Shown: positions 33,502 to 40,493 of the stretch, piece after piece | Position numbering within the stretch: the stretch's first letter is position 1 | Layout of the letters: every line of letters starts with the position of its first letter | From: a virus | Taxonomy: Duplodnaviria; Caudoviricetes | Virus record (IMG/VR): IMGVR_UViG_3300049926_000057 | Coordinates: 1-43,944 of that record | Direction: 5' to 3' (one strand) | Length of the DNA stretch: 43,944 bases | Translations under genes and position numbers: made by a program | The notes under the pieces: generated by a model | Told to the model about the DNA's origin: nothing | What the model saw: only the letters and a program-made list of their open reading frames with translations | Databases searched by the model: none

Positions 33502-33861
33502 TCAGGATCGCGCACGCTTTTCTTCCATCGCCGCTGCATAAACAGCTTTCTCGCGCGCTCCCCAGTGGTCGCAATAGCACTTGTTGGGGCACTCGCATCG
33601 CGGAGACGACCACTCGTCGCCACACATCGGGAGTGGCTTGTCATAGTGCAGCAGGCGCGTGATTGACGGCGGGCTGTACCAGTTGGGAGTCATCGACGGG
33701 GTTGGTCGCATATGCAGCCGTCGGTTCTTCGCCCGGATCGCCTCCAGCACCGCTTCACCGTGGGCTTTGCGGTCGTCGCCGCGCCGCAGCTTGGCGACCT
33801 TGGCGCCGAGATCAGGGTACTCAGGGTACCAACGCATATTGTGCCAATAAAACCCCTTCAT
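33502..33861 (-). CDS. Hypothetical protein with C-terminal Cys cluster
   Basis: GGGGAG RBS; ATGA overlap. Confidence 0.5.
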   Translation of the reverse strand: MKGFYWHNMRWYPEYPDLGAKVAKLRRGDDRKAHGEAVLEAIRAKNRRLHMRPTPSMTPNWYSPPSITRLLHYDKPLPMCGDEWSSPRCECPNKCYCDHWGAREKAVYAAAMEEKRARS

Positions 33862-34082
33862 GCTCCCCCCGCCCTCTGCTTGTTCAGCTCCTTGGCCAGC
33901 AGCATCGCCCCGGTCTCCTTGTCAGGCACCGTGACGATGTGGCCTCCCCCCTCCAGGTACCACACGTTCTGCGGCGGGCCGGAGAACCCGATGTGGATCG
34001 GGTAGTCGGCCGGGCACATGAGTCGGTACAAGGAAGGCGATAGCACTTCCCACCTGAGGTTGGCAAGTACAACAACTTTCAT
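33858..34082 (-). CDS. Hypothetical protein
   Basis: GGGGAG RBS; ATGA overlap. Confidence 0.6.
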   Translation of the reverse strand: MKVVVLANLRWEVLSPSLYRLMCPADYPIHIGFSGPPQNVWYLEGGGHIVTVPDKETGAMLLAKELNKQRAGGA

Positions 34083-34267
34083 GACTCAGTACTCCCCCAG
34101 TTGATACCTTCCTTGCCGTAGACGTCAACAATTCTGACGTCGGTTTCACCGCGACCCTGCATCCACTTGACGCACGGCGCGCACACGCCATAACCAGCGT
34201 CTTGGTTCCAGTGCTGCCGCCACGTACCCGCATAGCGCCCACAACAGGCACAAATGAGCCGTTTCAC
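34079..34267 (-). CDS. Small Zn-finger-like protein
   Basis: C.CCG...C..C; GAGGAGG RBS before the GTG. Confidence 0.6.
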   Translation of the reverse strand: MKRLICACCGRYAGTWRQHWNQDAGYGVCAPCVKWMQGRGETDVRIVDVYGKEGINWGSTES

Positions 34268-34575
34268 TGGTCGTCCTCCTCGTTGTCCCACAACTCCGCG
34301 TCGTCGTCCTCTGCCCACTTGGCCGGAACGACTATTTGCTCCTCCTGCAGCGCCTTGTGGAACTGCACGGCAACCAGCGGCATGGGCTCCTTGGCATAGG
34401 CCGGCTTGATCGCCAGTAGCCTCGCGCCGATCTCGTCGGGTATGCCCTGCTTGAGCCTGCCGCGCTCCATCTTGTTGATGGTGACACGGGACAGGCCAAG
34501 CGCGTCGGCGAGCTCCTGCTGGGACAGGCCCAGCCGCTTGCGCACGGCCTTGAAGACTTTGGGGTCAATGGCCAT
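34264..34575 (-). CDS. XRE-family HTH transcriptional regulator
   Basis: RKRLGLSQQELADALGLSRVTINKMERG; acidic tail. Confidence 0.88.
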   Translation of the reverse strand: MAIDPKVFKAVRKRLGLSQQELADALGLSRVTINKMERGRLKQGIPDEIGARLLAIKPAYAKEPMPLVAVQFHKALQEEQIVVPAKWAEDDDAELWDNEEDDQ

Positions 34576-34771
34576 CACGCACCTTCCAGCCCACGCCGAC
34601 GTGTTCCTCGCAGCACTCGAACACAACTCCGGTCATGCCGTCGTTGGCGTTTGCGTCGTGCAGCTTCCACCACTGCGTTGACGCGACGCGCCATGAAACC
34701 GGGTTTTTGCAGCCGTGCCGCATACAGCGGTGCGCACATGTTTCCTTGATCCGTTGCTTTTGCAGCGCCAT
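34565..34771 (-). CDS. Small Cys/His-rich protein
   Basis: GAGGAGG RBS; C....C and CC..H. Confidence 0.55.
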   Translation of the reverse strand: MALQKQRIKETCAHRCMRHGCKNPVSWRVASTQWWKLHDANANDGMTGVVFECCEEHVGVGWKVRDGH

Positions 34772-34854
34772 TGAAGTGCCTCCTCGGTTGCCTCTGACGC
34801 CTCAAGGCGGGTGAGGGTTGCCCCTGCCCGCCGTGAAGTCCGTGTTGTGGGCGC

Positions 34855-35874
34855 CTATGCGGCGACCAGCACCTTGTCCTTGATCCTCGGCATCAGGAGC
34901 TCGACCGCTTGCGCCTTGATCTGCGCGCCGCTGCCAAACTGCGCCGTTGCGAACGTGGCCTCGTCGCCCGTCGAGGTGCGGTCGTGGTCGACGTAGCGCG
35001 TGATCGCATTCAAGGCTGCCCAGGCGGACTGCGAGGGCGCGCCCTCGCCAACGGACGTCTGATAGGCCCGGTTGACGTCCTTGAACTGGTTGAGCTTGCG
35101 GCTGGAGATGTCGGCCGGCTTGGCGTCCAGGGGGATGTCGAGACACTCCTTGAAGAACGCCGAGATCTCCTCCTTGGCCATCTCGTTCATGGCCAGCGCG
35201 TCGCCCATCGCCTTGTACGCGGTGAAGCCCTTGGCGATCTGGGCCAGCTCCTTGCCAACCCGGCCGGCGTCGAACTTCGTATTGTGGCGGGTGCGGACCA
35301 CGGCGCGGGTGTCGGCCAGTGCGACGTTGAGCGTGTTGTTGCACACGGTCCGCGTCATGGTGCCCTGGTTGATCGTGCTGCCCGACCCATCGAACGTAGT
35401 GGTCATCAGCACGCGCGCGGTGTGACGGTCGCCAGCGATCTCCAGCGGGTCGCGGTAGGTCGCCGTGGCCCAGATGATCTCGCCGTTCTTCAGCGAGCCC
35501 GCCACGTCCAGCTGGAAGCGGTCGTCGACGGCGATATAGCGGTCGAACCACTCCAGCACGTCGCGCGGCTGCACAGGCTGGTAGCGGTCAGAGACGTAGC
35601 CAAGCGGGTGGCCATTGTCGGAGCGGACCACGAAATTGCGCTCGGCCACCGGACGGAAGCGCTGGGCAGCGTCGATATGATCGAACGTCGGCCCCTCCAG
35701 AGAGGCGATGGCAGGCACCTTGACCGCTTCCCAGTCGAGGCCAGCGGCTTTCGACCAGGCGTCGATGTCCATGCCCGGCTGCATCTCCTGGCCAAGGCGG
35801 TGCCAGATGTCCTGGCGCGAGCCACGGAACGCCATGTTGGCGCGACCGTTCGTCATGTCGATATTGTGAGCCAC
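34855..35874 (-). CDS. DUF932-family protein
   Basis: MAHNID...WH.LG...AGLDW...LG.VS.RY.PVQ...AGSL..G...FDGS...R.VC.NTL...RH...W...NA.T.Y.DH; AGGAGG RBS before GTG 35874. Confidence 0.88.
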   Translation of the reverse strand: MAHNIDMTNGRANMAFRGSRQDIWHRLGQEMQPGMDIDAWSKAAGLDWEAVKVPAIASLEGPTFDHIDAAQRFRPVAERNFVVRSDNGHPLGYVSDRYQPVQPRDVLEWFDRYIAVDDRFQLDVAGSLKNGEIIWATATYRDPLEIAGDRHTARVLMTTTFDGSGSTINQGTMTRTVCNNTLNVALADTRAVVRTRHNTKFDAGRVGKELAQIAKGFTAYKAMGDALAMNEMAKEEISAFFKECLDIPLDAKPADISSRKLNQFKDVNRAYQTSVGEGAPSQSAWAALNAITRYVDHDRTSTGDEATFATAQFGSGAQIKAQAVELLMPRIKDKVLVAA

Positions 35875-35880
35875 TTGTAG

Positions 35881-35966
35881 TCCTCCTGTTGTGGTGACAG
35901 GAGGAATGTAAAGCATGGAGTGGTGAAGTGTAAAGAGTGGTTGTGGTAGGACTAGCACTCTTTACA
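35881..35966 (-). promoter_or_regulatory. Regulatory cluster: RBS-occluding hairpin, promoter-like TTTACA-18-TACATT and an 11-bp inverted repeat
   Basis: TCCTCCTGT/ACAGGAGGA (35881-35905); TGTAAAGAGTG (35929-35939) / CACTCTTTACA (35956-35966). Confidence 0.5.
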
Positions 35967-35982
35967 TATCACAGTGTCGTGA

Positions 35983-36228
35983 TCAGAAGGACTGATCATC
36001 AGGCGGATAAGGTTCGCCATAGCGCTTGGCCAGCTCGTCGTGCAGGCCTCGTGGGGTCTTGTACTTGCCGTTGCACCACTTGTTGACCGTGGCGAAGGTG
36101 ACTTCGAGCGCGCGGGCCAAATCGGCTTGCGTGAGACCGTGCAGATCCAGCCAGCAGCGAAGCTCGGCCGGCGTTATACGTCCGCGATGGGTCTTGAACT
36201 CATATTTTAGCTTGGAACGGTCAGCCAT
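35983..36228 (-). CDS. XRE/Cro-like HTH regulator
   Basis: GLTQADLARALEVTFATVNKWCNG; GGAGG RBS; first gene of the leftward arm. Confidence 0.82.
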   Translation of the reverse strand: MADRSKLKYEFKTHRGRITPAELRCWLDLHGLTQADLARALEVTFATVNKWCNGKYKTPRGLHDELAKRYGEPYPPDDQSF

Positions 36229-36369
36229 CGGTTGCCTCCAGTGGTGGTTATGGGAGGTGTCGTGATAGCTAAATGATAGGTAGTTGTCGAGTGGTTTTTT
36301 GACGACTACTAGAAGAAACGCGAAAAGCACAGTAGTTTCAATGGGAGGACTAGGAGTAGATTGCGGCGG

Positions 36370-36468
36370 ATAAGACCGTACCCTGTTTTGAAATTATAGG
36401 TATGTGTAAAGGTTTACAGTAAAGGGCGTGGTGTAAAGCTATAATTTCAAAACAGGGTACGGTCTTAT
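36370..36468. repeat. Perfect 30-bp inverted repeat with a 39-bp spacer in the divergent non-coding region
   Basis: ATAAGACCGTACCCTGTTTTGAAATTATAG (36370-36399) and its reverse complement (36439-36468). Confidence 0.95.
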
Positions 36469-36604
36469 TTTAGAGATAGTAATACTACTACTCCTCTCCT
36501 AAAATAAATAGTTAGTGTTTCCAGTGGGTTGCCCCCTTATCCTCGCGTGGTGGGTGAGCCTCCGGGCGGCCAGTGGTAATCGTGTAAGCGGAAACTACCT
36601 CGCG

Positions 36605-36671
36605 TCGCTACCAAGTTACCTCCAAACGCTCGTCCTACACCGGAATACCTATCATCGCTACGAAGTTACCT
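36605..36671 (+). repeat. 17-bp direct repeat pair TCGCTAC(C/G)AAGTTACCT, 50 bp apart
   Basis: Copies at 36605-36621 and 36655-36671 with one mismatch. Confidence 0.8.
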
Positions 36672-37047
36672 ACGCGCCCCGTGTAAAGGATGTAAAGGCT
36701 AACTCGGGGAAAATCGGGGGGCCGACCGGGGTTTTGGGATTTTATGCCCGGGTAAAACTACCGCGCGCAAAATTTAGGATTTTTGTCTCCCCTACTCCTC
36801 CCACGGAACCCCTTGCCCAATCCGCAGCAAGCCCCCTACAGTCCCTCCCGTGGTCGAGAGGTCTCGGTGCGTGCAGGCGCCGGTGGTCGCACTGGAGCCT
36901 CCCCAGGGCGATCTGCCTCTTGACCACACTTCTCGACTTGGGCATGGTGGACAGGTCCTGTCCCGGACAACAGCCCCCGCCCGCGGTTCCAGTCCCCCCG
37001 GTAAGCAACTGGGACCGCGGGCACCCACTCCTGCACGAGAGGTTCGC

Positions 37048-37389
37048 ATGATCAAACCCACTATCGGCCGCGTCGTCTGGTTCACGCCCTCCACCACCCC
37101 GAGCCCGGGCTTCGCCCACATTGACCCGGCGCAACCCTGTGCTGCCATGGTCACTCACGTCTGGTCCGACCGCATGGTCAACCTCGTGGTGTTCGACGCC
37201 AACGGCAACCCGCATGGCAAGACCAGCGTCGCGCTCCTCCAGGACGACGACCCGAAGTCGCCCCACGGCTATTTCTGCGAGTGGATGCCCTACCAGGTCG
37301 GGCAGGCGAAGAAGCACGAAGGCGACATTGAAGAGATCAAGCGCGCCGCGCAGGCGCGAGACGTCAGCCGCTACGAGGGAAACGGCTGA
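37048..37389 (+). CDS. Conserved phage hypothetical protein
   Basis: MIKPTIGRVVWF...AA.VT.V....VNL.VFD.NG...C.WMPYQ; GAGG RBS. Confidence 0.75.
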   Translation: MIKPTIGRVVWFTPSTTPSPGFAHIDPAQPCAAMVTHVWSDRMVNLVVFDANGNPHGKTSVALLQDDDPKSPHGYFCEWMPYQVGQAKKHEGDIEEIKRAAQARDVSRYEGNG

Positions 37390-37634
37390 TGCCCCAGGAC
37401 GACCCCGACTACACGGAAGCCGACGCCACCCGCCTCACCCTTGAGCATGACAAGCTCGTGGCGTCGCGCCCGACGTGGAGGATGGCGCCGCAGGGGTTCA
37501 CCACGAACGACTTCGCGCTGGCGATGCAGCCCGAGGGCGATGGCTACATGCTCGACATCAGGATTGGTCTGGAGCGGCGCCGGGTGCACTTCGACCCCGG
37601 TGGACGCATGACGAGAGTCAGGATTCTTACTTAG
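37389..37634 (+). CDS. Hypothetical protein
   Basis: TGATG overlap; GAGGGA RBS. Confidence 0.6.
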   Translation: MPQDDPDYTEADATRLTLEHDKLVASRPTWRMAPQGFTTNDFALAMQPEGDGYMLDIRIGLERRRVHFDPGGRMTRVRILT

Positions 37635-38034
37635 CTATCCGGTAGTAGGGCACGCCGTCGCGCTCCTCGCTCTCGACCGATAGTCCGAGCGTCTTCAGCT
37701 TGGTCACGAAGGACCGCACCCCGATGGTCTGCCATCCCGTCTTCTCGATCGCCTCCACCTCGGACATCCAGCCCTTCTGCAGCTGGGCGATCAGGAGATT
37801 GCGGATGTTGGGCTTGTCGGCGACACGGCGGACGCCGTCGCTCCTGCTGGACAGGCGGTTCTCAAGGCGCTCCAGCCGGCTCTCCAGCCGTGCCAGTCCT
37901 TGGAGGATCTGGAACGCGATCCCCTCGTTCATGACCTCGGTGAGAGGGGCTTCGCGCTTACCCAAGTTGATCTGGTCGGGATTACTCATGTACAGTTGCC
38001 TCTGGTCTGTGGGTGATACTGCGCTGCCGTACAT
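37627..38034 (-). CDS. DUF3489-like winged-helix protein with coiled coil (start may be 37989)
   Basis: TGWQ...VR.F...LK..GL.V.S.......YRI at the C-terminus. Confidence 0.65.
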   Translation of the reverse strand: MYGSAVSPTDQRQLYMSNPDQINLGKREAPLTEVMNEGIAFQILQGLARLESRLERLENRLSSRSDGVRRVADKPNIRNLLIAQLQKGWMSEVEAIEKTGWQTIGVRSFVTKLKTLGLSVESEERDGVPYYRIAK

Positions 38035-38098
38035 ATAGACCAGTTCGACAAGTATAGCAAGTTTGTTAAAAGGTTAACAAAATCAGAGAGGTAACGGG

Positions 38099-38299
38099 AT
38101 GCCGCAGTGGAACGACCTGACCAGTTCAAACCTGCGGCGGTGCTCCTACGACATCGAGACCGAGACGCTGCAGATCCAGTTCGTCTCGGGGAAGACCTAC
38201 AGCTATTCGGGAGTGCCGGCATCGGTCTATAACGGCCTGCTCGAAGCCTCCTCGGCGGGGCAGTACTTCGCGAGAGAGATCAAAGGGGTATACGAATGA
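38099..38299 (+). CDS. KTSC-domain protein
   Basis: SSNL....YD.....L.I.F..G..Y.Y.GVP..VY..L..A.S.G.YF...IK; GAGGT RBS. Confidence 0.88.
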   Translation: MPQWNDLTSSNLRRCSYDIETETLQIQFVSGKTYSYSGVPASVYNGLLEASSAGQYFAREIKGVYE

Positions 38300-38403
38300 G
38301 CTGGAACCTAATCATAGGTCTGCTGCTGGGTGCAGCCGCTGTGGCCGCGGTCGGTGGCGGGTGGTACTTCTGGCAGATGTGGAAAGCCACGTTCGGTGGC
38401 TGA
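38296..38403 (+). CDS. Membrane micro-protein (35 aa)
   Basis: MSWNLIIGLLLGAAAVAAVGGGWYFWQMWKATFGG; ATGA overlap with KTSC. Confidence 0.55.
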   Translation: MSWNLIIGLLLGAAAVAAVGGGWYFWQMWKATFGG

Positions 38404-40366
38404 GGAAGATCCGCGCGCCGAAACTATACTGCGCCTTGGGCGGAACAAGCGCCTGGCGCATGCTGCGCTGTTCGGTCACAGGCATCCGAACGTCACGCCC
38501 GCCCTGCACTACGAGATCATCGACCTCTGGCACTCCCCGCACCCGAAAGTCGAGGTGATGGCGTTCCGCGGCGCCGGCAAGAGCACGCTGTCGGAAGAAG
38601 CCGTGATCGTCGAGGCCTGCCTGCGGCAGTTCAAGAACGCCATCGTGCTGGGCTCGTCCTACGATCGCGCGGTCGAGCGCCTGACCTCGGTCAAGCACGA
38701 GTTCGAGACCAACCCGTTCATCGAGGAGCTGTTCGGCGACCTCGTCGGCAAGACGTGGAACGAAGGCGAGATAGTCCTGGCCAACGGCGTGAAGATTCAG
38801 GCCAAGGGCATTGAGCAGTCGATGCGCGGCACCAAGCACCTCGACCAGCGGCCGGACCGGCTGTTCGCCGACGACATCGAGGAGCAGGAGAACGTCGACA
38901 CCCCGGAAGCGCGCTTGAAGTTCCTGCGGCGGTTCATGAAGGTGGTGGTCCCTGCCCTCGCCCCGGAAGCCCACATCCGCGTGCTGGCGACCCCGCTCGA
39001 CCGGGAAGCGCTGGCGATGCAGCTGGCCAAGGACCAGGGCTGGGTCACGCGGGTGTTCCCGATCGAGACCATCGACGAGCTAGGGGAGCGCAAAGCAGCA
39101 TGGCCGGATCGCTACCCGCTGGAGTGGATCGACGCGACCAGGTCGGACTTCGAGCGGCTGGGCCTGCTGACCGAGTACAAGCAGGAGTACATGTGCGAGG
39201 CCGAAGACCCCGCCAGCAAGACCTTCACCGCGGACCTGTTTCGCGTCGAGCCGATCGTGCGGACCTGGCAGGGGACGTTCGCGTTCTTCGACCCGGCGCG
39301 CACCGTGAAGGCCACCTCCTCCACCACGGGCTGGGCGGTGTGGAGCTGGGTCAACAACCGGCTGATCGTGTGGGACAGCGGGGCGGCGCTCCTCAAGCCG
39401 GACGAGATCGTCAATCAAATTTTCGTGATAGACGAACAGTACTCGCCGGTCGAGATCGGCGTGGAGCGCGACGGCCTGGAGGAGTTCCTGCTGCAGCCGC
39501 TGCGGCAGGAGCAGTCCCGGCGCAACACCATCGTGCCGATCCGGGCTATGAAGGCCCCGGTGGGCAAGATGTCGTTCATCAAAGGGCTTCAGCCGTTTTT
39601 CAAGGCGCGCGAGATAGTCTTTGTTAAGCACATGCCAGAGTTGCAGGCGCAGCTGCTATCATTCCCAAGTGGTAGGATAGACGCGCCCAATGCGCTGGCA
39701 TACGCTCTCAAGATGCGGCCGGGGGCACCGGTCTACGAGGACTTCAATGTCGTCAATATTTTTGAAGACCTTGCAGTGGTGGCGAGAACGCCTGCGTGGC
39801 TCGCCCTCAACGCAACAACGGGGTGGACCACCGGAGTCCTCGTGCAGGCGGTTGAGGGAGTGTTGCATGTCGTCGCCGATTGGGTCCGAGAAGGTGATCC
39901 GGGTCAAGTGCTCGCTTCAATCGTGGCCGCTGCTGGGCTGGAGATCGGACGAACACCACTGCGAGTGGTCGCTGGGCCAATGCACTTCACTGGTCACGAC
40001 GCCGTGGGCCTTCGAGCGGCGGCCAATAAAGTTCCTGTTAGTCTCCGAACCGGCGCGGATCTCGCCACCGGTCAAGCCGAGATCCGAGCTCTCCTGAAGA
40101 CAACGTCGCGGGGGCAGCCGTCGTTGCGGGTCTCCACCAACGCCCGGTGGACGCTGAACGCCTTCGCCGGGGGGTACTGCCGGGACGTGCTGCGCACCGG
40201 TGAGCTGTCGGAGTTCACCAAGACGGGCCCCCACAAGGTCCTGATGGAGGGACTGGAGGCGTTCGCCGGACTGCTCCGGGGAGGCGTGGCGGGGGATGAT
40301 GACAGCGAGCGGAACTACGCCTATGCTGCCGACGGGCGCCGGTACCTGTCGGCGCGTGGGAACTAG
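38396..40366 (+). CDS. terL: Terminase large subunit with C-terminal extension
   Basis: FRGAGKST Walker A, LFADDIE Walker B, ATPL coupling motif, QEYM, FFDPA and FP.G..D nuclease motifs; upstream of the portal. Confidence 0.9.
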   Translation: MAEEDPRAETILRLGRNKRLAHAALFGHRHPNVTPALHYEIIDLWHSPHPKVEVMAFRGAGKSTLSEEAVIVEACLRQFKNAIVLGSSYDRAVERLTSVKHEFETNPFIEELFGDLVGKTWNEGEIVLANGVKIQAKGIEQSMRGTKHLDQRPDRLFADDIEEQENVDTPEARLKFLRRFMKVVVPALAPEAHIRVLATPLDREALAMQLAKDQGWVTRVFPIETIDELGERKAAWPDRYPLEWIDATRSDFERLGLLTEYKQEYMCEAEDPASKTFTADLFRVEPIVRTWQGTFAFFDPARTVKATSSTTGWAVWSWVNNRLIVWDSGAALLKPDEIVNQIFVIDEQYSPVEIGVERDGLEEFLLQPLRQEQSRRNTIVPIRAMKAPVGKMSFIKGLQPFFKAREIVFVKHMPELQAQLLSFPSGRIDAPNALAYALKMRPGAPVYEDFNVVNIFEDLAVVARTPAWLALNATTGWTTGVLVQAVEGVLHVVADWVREGDPGQVLASIVAAAGLEIGRTPLRVVAGPMHFTGHDAVGLRAAANKVPVSLRTGADLATGQAEIRALLKTTSRGQPSLRVSTNARWTLNAFAGGYCRDVLRTGELSEFTKTGPHKVLMEGLEAFAGLLRGGVAGDDDSERNYAYAADGRRYLSARGN

Positions 40367-40370
40367 TACA

Positions 40371-40493
40371 ATGGACCAAGTCGTTACAGTTGGAATGATC
40401 TTGAAGCCGGCGCTGGTCATCGTCGGTGTACTCCTAGCGCTGGGGGTCGTTGTCTGGATACTCTCAGTGGTCGCATCGGGCTTCGACCACTAA
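40371..40493 (+). CDS. Membrane micro-protein (40 aa)
   Basis: Single TM segment; fills the terL-portal gap and abuts the portal ATG. Confidence 0.55.
   Translation: MDQVVTVGMILKPALVIVGVLLALGVVVWILSVVASGFDH

Noticed and set aside
38062-38081. CtrA box in the TTTGTTAA-aagg-TTAACAAA palindrome
   Set aside because: TTAA spacing is 4 rather than 7. It may still be an operator, but not a canonical CtrA site.
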